Positions 18,522 through 27,912 of a stretch of 64,000 nt of DNA are shown here, piece by piece. Location of the stretch: the NCBI GenBank assembly GCA_963704885.1, contig CAVPIB010000001.1:64001-128000 (forward strand), given 5' to 3'. The first letter of the stretch is position 1. Each line of letters opens with the position of its first letter. The stretch comes from an uncultured Actinomycetes bacterium. GTDB lineage: Bacteria > Actinomycetota > UBA4738 > HRBIN12. The notes beneath the pieces were generated by a model. The model worked only from the letters and a program-made list of their open reading frames with translations. It was not told the origin of the DNA and searched no databases. The position numbers and the translations under genes are program-made.

Positions 18522-20972
18522 TCAGATAGATGGGGGTTTGAAGCCCGATTTGTTCACGACGAAGTCCCTGGACTCGGCGGCCATCCGTTTCACCGCCGGC
18601 CAGTCGACGTAGAGCAGCTCGCCATGACGTTTCATCACCCGACCTGCGATCAGGACCGTGTCGACGTTCCCCGTGTCCATCCCGGTCACGACCGCGGTCA
18701 CCGGGTCGTTCAGCGGGGTGACGTTGATCCGATCGGTCCGCAGCATGATGAGATCCGCCTGCTTGCCGGGTGTGAGGGTCCCTACCTTCGAGTCGAGCCC
18801 GTTCGCCTTGGCTCCCTCGATCGTGGCGCAGGCCAGGACCTCTCTCGTGGGGAGCATGGGCTTGCCCGACGAGGTCGCCGACGCCCGCTGCAGGGCCAGC
18901 ACCGAGCGCATCTGGTTGAACATGTCGCCCGGCACGTTCGTCTCAACGTCGACGCTCAGGCTCGGGCGAAGACCTCGATCCAGGAACTTCTGGATCGGGG
19001 GCATCCCGTGGCCCATCATCATCTCCACCGGCGAGGCGAGCGAAACGGTCCCCCCGGTGTCGACGATCATCTGGATCTCGGTGTCGTTCAGCGTGGTGCA
19101 GTGGATGTATGTCGTGTCTGGGCCCAGGAGCCCGGCCTCCCCCATCTCTTGGACCTTCGCATCCTGTCCGTAGCTGCCCACACCCACATGGGTCGTGATC
19201 CGCGCTCCGGCCTCGCGCGCCAGCTTCCAGTGATCTCGCGACACCTCGAAGTCCGTGAATTCTGGACCGGGAGCGGCCAGAGCGAGCGTGAGCATCTGAT
19301 CGTTCGAAGAGAAGTGCTCTGTCGCCGCCCGAACGAACCAGCTGGGCTGACGCTCCTCCCACTTGCCCCACCACGGGAACCCGTAGGCGAACACCGCCCT
19401 CAGGCCCGAGTCCTTCAGCGCTTGGACAACCGCGTCCGTATGGGCCGGTGAGGCCTGGATATGCGACCAATCCAGGAGCGTGGTGATCCCTGCGTCGATG
19501 GCGCCCAGCGCCGAGAGCAGATCGCCGATGTACGCATCCTCCGGCCGGAACGCGGGCGCCAACTTGTGCAACACGAACGAGATGTAGCTCGACCTTCCCT
19601 CCAACGGAACATCGGTTCCGATGTTGCGCAGGAGGCCCTCCCAGATATGGCGATGGCTGTCGACGAAGCCCGGCATGACGATCATGTCCGATGCGTCGAT
19701 CACCTCGGCGTCCGCAGCTGCCAGACCGGGGCCGACCTCGACGATCTGGTCCTCGTCGATGAGGACGTCTGCGGTCGTGAAGTCACCCACGTTCGGGTCC
19801 AGGCTGAGCACGGTGCCGCCCCGTATGAGTGTCCTTCCCGTCGGCACGACCTTGAAGTCGGGTCCCGAGGGGTACAGATCGGGGATCTCGGCCAACCTCG
19901 GGGGTCGGCTCCCGATCATCAGGCGCCGGGCTCGCTTGTAGTTGCGCTTGACGAGCTCTTTGATGTCGCCCGCCTGGAAGAGCACGATCCCCAGCAGCAC
20001 CAGCACGCCGGTGATCATCTGGCCGTGCTCGGTACTCAGTTCGAGGAACGGAAGCGCGCTCAGGATGAGCGCCAGGAGCACAGACGCCACCGTTGCACCC
20101 AGGAACGTCGCCCTTCCGCCCGAGAGCGCAGCCCCACCGAGCACCGCCGCCGTGATGCTGGCGAGGGCGTAGCTGTCACCGATCTGTGCGTTACCGATCC
20201 CGGATCGGGTCATGACCAAGAAGGAAGCGATCGTCGCGAACAGGGCCGAGAGCACCAAAGCCCTTGCTCGCACCCACGTCGTGCGGACTCCGCTTCGCTT
20301 CGCCGACCGCTCGTCGAACCCGACCGAGCGCAGCTGGAGCCCCGAGCCGCTGGCGTGGAGCCAATAGTCGAGCAGGGCGGCCCCGACCAAGACCACGACG
20401 AAGACGATGGGGACCGCTCCGAACCCATTCGCCAGCCAGCCGGTGAAGTCGCGATCGATGACGCCACCCGGAGTGTCCCGCAAGGTCAGCGATATCCCGC
20501 TGAGGATGCTGAGCGTGGCCAACGTGGCGATGATCGACGGGATCTTGAGCCAGAGAACCAGACCGGCATTGACCAGCCCCAGAGCCAGTCCGCACGCGAA
20601 GATGGCGCCGACCCCGAGCAGGATCTCGCTGGTGGTGGAGTCGGGACCGATCAGGTACGAAGCGATCACGACGCCGAGGGTCACCATCGCCCCCACGGAT
20701 AGGTCGAGGTAGCCGACCAGTAGCGCATGGGTCTGGCCCATCGCCGCGACAGCCAGCGGCGCGGCGAGCAGGAGGATGTAGGTCACGTTCGACCGGTTGA
20801 TGAACCCCGGGAACCGCGAGCTGGTGTACCAGGCGACGAGGACGATCAGCAGGAGCTGAAGCACCACAGGCATCCACAGGCGGAACCGGACGATCTTGCG
20901 CCACTTGTTCTTGTCGCGGGCATCGCGGATGACCTTGCGTACCGCCAGCCGCGCGGAGTCGATCCGTGTCAC
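18522..20972 (-). CDS. Fused sugar-type ABC permease + amidohydrolase
   Basis: GTG start overlaps the ATPase stop. N-half is RbsC-like (LDLSVG, IPSIIATL, ITAAVLGG). After an in-frame linker the C-half has PGFVDSHRH, TTHV, YIHC, SVDV, PGKQAD. Confidence 0.88.
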   Translation of the reverse strand: MTRIDSARLAVRKVIRDARDKNKWRKIVRFRLWMPVVLQLLLIVLVAWYTSSRFPGFINRSNVTYILLLAAPLAVAAMGQTHALLVGYLDLSVGAMVTLGVVIASYLIGPDSTTSEILLGVGAIFACGLALGLVNAGLVLWLKIPSIIATLATLSILSGISLTLRDTPGGVIDRDFTGWLANGFGAVPIVFVVVLVGAALLDYWLHASGSGLQLRSVGFDERSAKRSGVRTTWVRARALVLSALFATIASFLVMTRSGIGNAQIGDSYALASITAAVLGGAALSGGRATFLGATVASVLLALILSALPFLELSTEHGQMITGVLVLLGIVLFQAGDIKELVKRNYKRARRLMIGSRPPRLAEIPDLYPSGPDFKVVPTGRTLIRGGTVLSLDPNVGDFTTADVLIDEDQIVEVGPGLAAADAEVIDASDMIVMPGFVDSHRHIWEGLLRNIGTDVPLEGRSSYISFVLHKLAPAFRPEDAYIGDLLSALGAIDAGITTLLDWSHIQASPAHTDAVVQALKDSGLRAVFAYGFPWWGKWEERQPSWFVRAATEHFSSNDQMLTLALAAPGPEFTDFEVSRDHWKLAREAGARITTHVGVGSYGQDAKVQEMGEAGLLGPDTTYIHCTTLNDTEIQMIVDTGGTVSLASPVEMMMGHGMPPIQKFLDRGLRPSLSVDVETNVPGDMFNQMRSVLALQRASATSSGKPMLPTREVLACATIEGAKANGLDSKVGTLTPGKQADLIMLRTDRINVTPLNDPVTAVVTGMDTGNVDTVLIAGRVMKRHGELLYVDWPAVKRMAAESRDFVVNKSGFKPPSI

Positions 20973-22534
20973 GTCATGCTCTGCGGGGAGGGGCCCCGGG
21001 GCATGGCGACGCCCAGCGGTGAACGCCCCGCTTTGGACAGGCCGGGCCCACGGACTATGGCCTCGACTATGCGTAGCTCGTCGAGCTCGTCGCCGGGGAT
21101 CTCCTCGATGATCTGGCCGCGGGACATCACGAGGACCCGGTCGCACAGACCGGCGAGCTCCAGGGGATCGCTCGACTTGACGAGCATGGCCGTACCGGCG
21201 TCGGTCCGGGAACGCAGCGCCGTATAGATGTCGAAGCGGGAGCCGACGTCGACGCCCTGCGTGGGCTCGTAGGCCAGGATCACGGTCGGCTCCTTCAGGA
21301 ACGATCGCGAGACCGCGACCTTCTGTTGGTTACCCCCCGACAGGAACTCGACCGGCTGCTCGAGCGATGGGGTGCGGATCTCGAGCCGCTCAACCAATTG
21401 CCCTACGGTCTTGCGTTCCAGTCGCCGGCGCAGGAAGCCGAGCACGCTGAACCGGCGCAGCGTTTGGACGGTCGCGTTGACCCGGACCCCGAGTACGGGC
21501 ATCAGGGCCTCGTGCTTGCGGTCACCCGGCAGCAGCATGATCCCGGACCGCACCGCCTCGTGGGTCGAGATCAGGTTCAGCTCCTTCCCGGCGCAGACCA
21601 CGCGGCCTGCTCTGGGCGGCTGCCTGCCCGCCAGGCAGTCGAAGAGCTGAGGCTGGCCGTTCCCCTCGGCGCCGGCGATGCCGACGATCTCCCCACCCTC
21701 CAGCGTGAAGCTGACGGGACCGAAGGACTGGCCTTGCAGACCGTCGACGACCAGCACCTCGCCCGCCTCGCCGCCCTCATGTGCCGGTGGTGGGAACGCA
21801 GTCTCGAGCGGGCGTCCGACGATCAGCTCGACCAACGCGGACTCGGAGGTATCGCCGGCATCGAAGGTGCCCTGGTTCCGACCATCGCGAAGGACCGTGA
21901 TCCGATCCGCGACCTCCAGGACCTCGGGCAGGCGATGACTCACATAGACGACTCCTACGCCGCGGCTCCGACAGGCGGCGACGGTCCTGTGAAGCGCCTC
22001 CACCTCGGTGGGTCCCAGAGCCGTGGTCGGCTCGTCCAGCAGGAGGACCTTCGGATCGGTGACGAGAGCCTTGGCCACCTCGAAGAGCTGGCGGTCGGCC
22101 AGGGTGAGGAACCCGGCCGGGGCGTCGGGGAAGAGCTCCAGGTCCAGATCGAACTCCGCCAGCACGCGGCGCGCCCACCGCTTCCTCCGCCAGAAGTGAG
22201 GTCGTTGGTCCGGCGGCGCCGCCAGGTAGAGGTTGTTCTTGACCGGCTGGGCCAAGATCAGCGACGTGTCCTGGTAGGCCATGGCCAACCCCAGCTTCCG
22301 GGCCTCCGCCGGGGAGTCCCGGCGCAGGGGGTGGCCCCCGATCTGGATCGTTCCCAGATCGGGGTCCACGATCCCGCTCGCGATCCCGAGGAGGGTCGAT
22401 TTGCCCGAGCCGTTCTCGCCCACGAGGGCGTGGATCTCCCCGGCGCGGCAGTCGAAGCTGACATCGGTCAGCGCTCGAACCGCACCGAACTGCCGGGAGA
22501 CCCCACGCAGCTCGAGGACCAGGTCCTCGGTCAC
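20969..22534 (-). CDS. Sugar-type (CUT2) ABC transporter ATP-binding protein, two NBDs
   Basis: GENGSGKS, LDEPT, LSGGNQQK. Confidence 0.93.
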   Translation of the reverse strand: MTEDLVLELRGVSRQFGAVRALTDVSFDCRAGEIHALVGENGSGKSTLLGIASGIVDPDLGTIQIGGHPLRRDSPAEARKLGLAMAYQDTSLILAQPVKNNLYLAAPPDQRPHFWRRKRWARRVLAEFDLDLELFPDAPAGFLTLADRQLFEVAKALVTDPKVLLLDEPTTALGPTEVEALHRTVAACRSRGVGVVYVSHRLPEVLEVADRITVLRDGRNQGTFDAGDTSESALVELIVGRPLETAFPPPAHEGGEAGEVLVVDGLQGQSFGPVSFTLEGGEIVGIAGAEGNGQPQLFDCLAGRQPPRAGRVVCAGKELNLISTHEAVRSGIMLLPGDRKHEALMPVLGVRVNATVQTLRRFSVLGFLRRRLERKTVGQLVERLEIRTPSLEQPVEFLSGGNQQKVAVSRSFLKEPTVILAYEPTQGVDVGSRFDIYTALRSRTDAGTAMLVKSSDPLELAGLCDRVLVMSRGQIIEEIPGDELDELRIVEAIVRGPGLSKAGRSPLGVAMPRGPSPQSMT

Positions 22535-22559
22535 CGACCCTCCTCGGGGATCGGCATCG

Positions 22560-23849
22560 TTATCCGGTTGGGTACATCAGGGCGAGCACCGCGTCCGGAA
22601 CCAGGGAAGTCCCCGACACGGTCGGCGTCACCCGGTCCGGGTTGCAGTCCGACGCCGTGACCTCCCGCATGACGTGCGGGACCACGATCTCGGCGGGGAT
22701 CTCCGCACCCTGGAGGGACATCATCGAGGCCGTGACCGCGGTCCGTGACTGGAAGTTGCCCCCCGCCGAGTACCAGATGTGGAAGTTCGGGTTGTTCATC
22801 TTCTTCCACGTGCAGAACAGGGTCTGCTCATCGGTCCTCAGCGCGACCGTGAGATCCTTCACCGGGATCCCGAGGTCGTCGTACGCCTGCATGGCGGTGT
22901 TCAGCCCGTCCGCGTACTCGTACGCGTACCCGGCGATGTCGGGGTCTGTCGAGAGCCACCCGTTGACCGTCTGGAGCGCTACGTCGTTCGACCAGTACGT
23001 GTCCGCGGGACCGAGCTCCTTGATCCCGCTGCCCAGCGCCGGGCTGAAGCACTGCTCCCAACCGAGGGAGAGGGCGTTGCCCGGTGTGCCACCCATGACT
23101 CCCACCTTGCCGGAGCCGACCCCGTCGTTGATCACCTGGGCGAAGCTCTCACCCAGTGCGCAGAGGTCCTCCCCGACGACGGTGAGGTAGTCCTCACCGG
23201 GGACGAGCGCCCCTTCCTGGCCGGGAAGGCCAACCCAGCCCGCCGAATAAGTGGTGTACGGGATGCCGGCCGCCTGGGTCTCCAGGATGGCATCGGCGAT
23301 GTTCGTGCCCTGGTCGGGATAGCCGATGATGAAGGTGGCTCCGGCCTGGATCAGGAACCTGATGTCGCCGGCGGCGACCGCAGGGTCCGGGTTCCACTGA
23401 GCGTCACGGAAGAGCATCTTGCCGATCTCCGGGTAGGTGAGCGCCTGGAGGATGGCCTCCATGCGGGTCACCTGACGCCAGACGTTCAGCCCTCCGCCGT
23501 CGGCGTACCCCATGACGACGTCGCCATCGGTGCCGGTGTCGCACTTGGTCGCGGCCCAGCACTCCATCGCCTTGTCGATGGTGGCCTGATCGAGGTCCTG
23601 GCTGGCACGGGCGATCGATGCCAGGACGATGTCCGGCACGCCCGTGACGGTTCCCATGGCTTTCTCAACCAACGCCGGGTCGGCATCCGTGCTCTCACCG
23701 AACTCCGCCAACGGTCCTGCGCTCTCGGTGGCCGACGGTTCGCTGGTGGCGGCTCCGGTCGGGCTCGCCTCCCCGTCACCACCACTGCTGCATGCCGCTG
23801 CCACAACCGCGAGGCACACGACGATGCCGATGATCTTGATCCGTTGCAT
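22560..23849 (-). CDS. ABC substrate-binding lipoprotein
   Basis: Lipobox VAAAC, low-complexity linker, position inside the ABC operon. Confidence 0.8.
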   Translation of the reverse strand: MQRIKIIGIVVCLAVVAAACSSGGDGEASPTGAATSEPSATESAGPLAEFGESTDADPALVEKAMGTVTGVPDIVLASIARASQDLDQATIDKAMECWAATKCDTGTDGDVVMGYADGGGLNVWRQVTRMEAILQALTYPEIGKMLFRDAQWNPDPAVAAGDIRFLIQAGATFIIGYPDQGTNIADAILETQAAGIPYTTYSAGWVGLPGQEGALVPGEDYLTVVGEDLCALGESFAQVINDGVGSGKVGVMGGTPGNALSLGWEQCFSPALGSGIKELGPADTYWSNDVALQTVNGWLSTDPDIAGYAYEYADGLNTAMQAYDDLGIPVKDLTVALRTDEQTLFCTWKKMNNPNFHIWYSAGGNFQSRTAVTASMMSLQGAEIPAEIVVPHVMREVTASDCNPDRVTPTVSGTSLVPDAVLALMYPTG

Positions 23850-23926
23850 GTTCCTCCTCCCGTTCTGATCGATGGCACTCGCCATCCTTGGTCGATGGGA
23901 CTGGCTGATACATGCCTCCTTTCTCA

Positions 23927-24973
23927 TCACGCTCGATCGCTGGGATCGACGGTCCGTGCCTCCACGACATCCAGTCGCTTCCGCTCTCGAAGTACCTGCT
24001 CCACGCCTCGGATGATCCGATCACCCGAGACCAACATGCCCCCGACGATGACCAGACCGAAGACCACGAATTGCAGCGCCGTGGGCAGGCCCATGACCCG
24101 CATCATCTGGGTGAGCCCGGCTAGGAAGAACGCCGCCGCCCAGGTGGACAAGGGGCTGGCCAACCCACCCGTGAGCGATGCGCCCCCGATCACCACGGCG
24201 GCGATCGGACCCAGCAGGTAGGGAGCCCCGATCGTGATGCTGATCGTCCGCAGGAACGACGCCAGCAGGATCCCCGCCACCGCGTAGAGGACCGCCGCCA
24301 CCACGTAGGCGGAAACCTGGTTCAAGTTGACCCGCAGACCGGAGATCCGCGACGCGGTTGGGTTGGCGCCCACGACCTGGAACTTCCGCCCAGGCGTGGT
24401 GAACCGGAAGATGACGATCAGCGCGAGCGTGAGGATCGCGCCGACCCAGAAGGTCCGCGTTACTCCCAGGAACCGCGTCGACGTCCATGCGGAGAGGCCC
24501 TCCGGTACCGGGGTCTGGATCGCGGAACTCGTGTAATAGCGGATGGCGATGCCGATCACGATCTGGCCCACGGCCAGCGTGACGATGAGAGCGTTGAGCC
24601 CCAGCCCACCGATGAGGATCCCGTTGACCAACCCGACCAATGCCGCCAGGACCAAGGCGACGCCGATCGCGGTCCATATGCGATCGTCGGACCCCTGCCC
24701 GACCCCCACGGTGACCACCGCGGCCAGCGTGAATGTTCCGGGAACGCTGAGGTCGATGCCGCCGGTCATGATCACCAGCATCTGGCCGAGCGCCGTGATG
24801 GCCAGGAACGTGCCGAAGGGCGCGATGGAGCTCAGCGCGGGCCCGCGCAGCGTGGCCGGTGCCCAGATCGTTGCGACGACGACGAGCAGCGCGATCGCGA
24901 TGTAGACGGGCAGGTAGCGGGAGGCCACCACGAACGACGTGAGCGCCGACGAAGGAGCCCGGGACGCGCTCAT
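23927..24973 (-). CDS. Sugar-type ABC permease
   Basis: GGIDLSV and IAAVVIGGASLTGG; ATGA overlap with the upstream amidohydrolase stop. Confidence 0.9.
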   Translation of the reverse strand: MSASRAPSSALTSFVVASRYLPVYIAIALLVVVATIWAPATLRGPALSSIAPFGTFLAITALGQMLVIMTGGIDLSVPGTFTLAAVVTVGVGQGSDDRIWTAIGVALVLAALVGLVNGILIGGLGLNALIVTLAVGQIVIGIAIRYYTSSAIQTPVPEGLSAWTSTRFLGVTRTFWVGAILTLALIVIFRFTTPGRKFQVVGANPTASRISGLRVNLNQVSAYVVAAVLYAVAGILLASFLRTISITIGAPYLLGPIAAVVIGGASLTGGLASPLSTWAAAFFLAGLTQMMRVMGLPTALQFVVFGLVIVGGMLVSGDRIIRGVEQVLRERKRLDVVEARTVDPSDRA

Positions 24974-26275
24974 CCCTGACCTCCCGACGCGGCGCCGACG
25001 ACCAGTCCGGAGGAGACGGCCACCCGCTGCCGCGCCGCGGTCGCCAGGCTTCGTGCGCGCTGCACATCTGCTTCCAGGACGCCGTCGCGCATCACGACGC
25101 GTCCGCCGACGAACACCCGATCGACGTTCGAGGTGTCCATACCCCACACCACAGCGCCGATCGGGTCGTTGACCGGGAAGATGTTGGGGCGGTCGGTCCG
25201 AAGCATGACGACGTCCGCCTGCATACCCGGCTCCAGGGATCCGGTCACCCGGCCCAGTCCGGCCACCCGCGCTCCGTCCACCGTCGCGAAGCGGATCGCG
25301 TCGCGCGTGCTCATCAGCCGAGGGAGGCCGGCCTTCCCGGCAAGCTTGAGATCGAAGACGACGGCATGCTGCAGCGAGATCGTCTCCCGCATCTGGGCGA
25401 ACATGTCGCCCGGAGCCGCTCGTTCGTCGTCGATCCCCAGACCCGGACGGATGTCGCGGTCGATCAGCTGCTGGATCGGAGGCCGTCCGAGACCTGCGGC
25501 CATCTGACTCGAAGGCGAGAGGGACACCGCTGACTCCAGATGCGGCGATGGCATCGACATCCGCGTCGTCGAGGCCCGACGGGTGCACGAGCGTGACGTC
25601 TTCACCCAGGAGCGCTTTGTGGGCGAGATCGGAGACCACACCCCGCCCGGAGCTCCCCGGATCGGCGTGGACGTGGATGCGCAGGCCCTGCTCCCGGGCG
25701 ATCGCCCACTGGCCGGCGACCCTGTCGAGATCCATCGACCCAGGCAGGACGGACCCGAACGCGATGCTGGTCGACGGTCCGGCCGCCTCGGCGAGGCCCC
25801 GGTCGTGAGCGTCTTGGACGAACACGGTGCGCAGCGCGGCATCGGCGTGGGCTTGGAGCGCGGCTTCAGCGAAGCCCTCCTCGGATCGGACGAGTGACCA
25901 GTCGACGACGGTCGTTATCCCCGCCTCGGCCGCTCCCAGCAAGCCGATCAGCGTGGCGGCATAGACGTCCTCGGGCTGATAGTGATCGCCGAGCGCCGAT
26001 GCGGGCATCGACGCCTCCCCCCTCCAGGCCGGCTCACCGAGGTTTCGGAACAACGACGTCCAGGCATGACGGTGAGTGTCGACGAACCCGGGCATGACGA
26101 TGGTGTCGGTCGCGTCCACCTGCTCGGCGTCGCGGTCCCGGAGCCCGGGGCCGACCTCGGCCACCACGTCTCCGTCGATCAGGACGTCGGCCTTGGTGAA
26201 GTTGGGAGTCTTCGCCCCCAGGGTGAGGACGCACCCACCGCTCAGCAGGATCTTCGACGTCACGATCGGCCCCAA
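24970..26275 (-). CDS. Amidohydrolase with a 1-nt frameshift near 25535
   Basis: N-part (PGFVDTHRH, IHVH, LVH) is in one frame and C-part (SAVSLSPSSQM, GIDD, GSLEPGMQAD) in another. Removing one base restores a full paralog of the other two amidohydrolases. Confidence 0.82.
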
Positions 26276-26342
26276 GCGCCATCGCGCCGGCGACGCGACC
26301 CGCCCCGATCACTGCCACTGTTGAACGAGTGCCCCCTCACCG

Positions 26343-26451
26343 TTCAGGGACACTACATACCTTGCCGCGGTTTTGCCAGATAAGGAGGAAGCGCCTAGGG
26401 TGCGATTCAGCCATGCTGCACACACGAACCACGACTAGCAGTCTCACTGAT
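26343..26451. promoter_or_regulatory. Three degenerate TTCAG-N5-CTGAA-like boxes in the divergent promoter region
   Basis: TTCAGggacaCTACA (26343), TTCAGccatgCTGCA (26406), AGCAGtctcaCTGAT (26437); inferred operators of the XRE-cupin regulator. Confidence 0.4.
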
Positions 26452-26512
26452 GCCCGCGCAAGGAGAGTGTCAAGCGTCTATCCTGCCTGCGTCGAGCGGA
26501 ACTGAGGGCGGG

Positions 26513-27151
26513 ATGGCCGGCGAGCTTGAGGACATCGGGACCAGGTTGCGCGAGGAGCGCGATCGCGTGGGCATCAGCCAGCGAGAGCTGGCCCGCCGTA
26601 TCGGGTTGTCGGCCAGCATGATCTCGCAGCTGGAGTCGGGGCAATCGAAACCGTCCGTCAGCACGCTGTACGCGATCGTCACCGAGCTCGGGGTCTCCCT
26701 GGACGACGTCTTCCGCGGAACCGAAGGCCACGCGTCGGTCGAGCGGACGAGCGTCGGCGGACCGTCCGAAGAGGCGGAGCACGATCCGGTGGTCCGTCCC
26801 GAGGAGCGCCACGTGATCGACCTGGCATCGGGCGTGCGATGGGAACGCCTCACCAGCCACCAGCATGAGGACGTCGACTTCCTCCACGTGATCTACGACG
26901 TCGGGGGTTCCTCCGCGGGAGACACCGTGATGATGCGCCACCCCGGGCGGGAGTACGGATACGTGCTCTCGGGCTACCTTGGCGTCCAGCTCGGATTCGA
27001 GGAGCACAAACTGGGGCCGGGCGACTCGATCGCGTTCGACTCGACCCAGCCGCACCGCCTCTGGAACCTGGGCGAGGAACCGGTGCACGGGATCTGGCTC
27101 GTCGTGGGACGTGACGGCCACGACGGACATGGCCCGCACGGCGAGCGGTAA
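26513..27151 (+). CDS. XRE-family HTH + cupin transcriptional regulator
   Basis: ISQRELARRIGLSASMISQLESG HTH; C-terminal cupin HPGRE...PH. Confidence 0.92.
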   Translation: MAGELEDIGTRLREERDRVGISQRELARRIGLSASMISQLESGQSKPSVSTLYAIVTELGVSLDDVFRGTEGHASVERTSVGGPSEEAEHDPVVRPEERHVIDLASGVRWERLTSHQHEDVDFLHVIYDVGGSSAGDTVMMRHPGREYGYVLSGYLGVQLGFEEHKLGPGDSIAFDSTQPHRLWNLGEEPVHGIWLVVGRDGHDGHGPHGER

Positions 27152-27172
27152 GCCGTTCAGGAAGGAGGGTGG

Positions 27173-27844
27173 ATGGGTGCCTACGAGAACGAGATCGATC
27201 TTCTCGAGCGCGAGCTCCAGGGTGTGCTCGAAGTCTTCGAAGGTGTCTCGGGCGATGACTGGGGCAAGCACACCATGCTCGAGCCGCTGGACCCGAGCGC
27301 ACCCCACTGGACGGTGTTCGAGCTGGCCGGACACTTCGACATCTCGATCGGGCTCACGTCGATGCTGATCGACCAGCCCAGCGACGGACAGGTCGGCCGC
27401 GACCGCGTGAGCTTCTTCATCTTCCCCCGCTCGGAGGTTGCACCCGTGGTCTACGACTACGCCTACACCATGGTCGAGGGGAAAGCACCGGCGGACATGC
27501 CGGGCGTGCTCCGGGAGACGTTCGCCAAGGCGGTCGAGGGATCGCGCGCGAACCCACCTACGTTCGTCGGCTCGGGGTACTACGCGCTGATGGAGCTCGG
27601 CGAGTTCGCGCCCAGCCGGATCGTCGAGGCGGTCGTGCACGGGTTCGACCTTACCGACGCGCTCGGGCGCGAGACGATCGCGACCCCGGAAGGCGTCGCG
27701 TTCACCGCCGGGGTCATGGACGAGCTGCTACGGCGCCGGACCGTGGGAGAGCGGCCTTCTGACCTGTCGGACGATCTGGCCTGGGTGCGAGCGGCGTCGG
27801 GTCGCGCGCCGCACGACGATCCGCGGCTTCCGCTGATCGGCTGA
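27173..27844 (+). CDS. Maleylpyruvate isomerase N-terminal domain (MDMPI/DinB-like) protein
   Basis: WTVFELAGH and EAVVHGFDL motifs; strong SD. Confidence 0.8.
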   Translation: MGAYENEIDLLERELQGVLEVFEGVSGDDWGKHTMLEPLDPSAPHWTVFELAGHFDISIGLTSMLIDQPSDGQVGRDRVSFFIFPRSEVAPVVYDYAYTMVEGKAPADMPGVLRETFAKAVEGSRANPPTFVGSGYYALMELGEFAPSRIVEAVVHGFDLTDALGRETIATPEGVAFTAGVMDELLRRRTVGERPSDLSDDLAWVRAASGRAPHDDPRLPLIG

Positions 27845-27912
27845 GGCCGCTCACCAGAGGCATCTCCTCGGCAAGCGCCTGAGCGACCAGGATGCGGTCG
27901 ACGACCCAGTGG

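Noticed and set aside
23927-26275. 782-aa track ORF appearing as an amidohydrolase-permease fusion
   Set aside because: It arises from a 1-nt frameshift near 25535. The middle of the ORF is off-frame sequence, the real amidohydrolase C-terminus is in another frame and ends in an ATGA overlap with the permease. No slippery site suggests programmed frameshifting.
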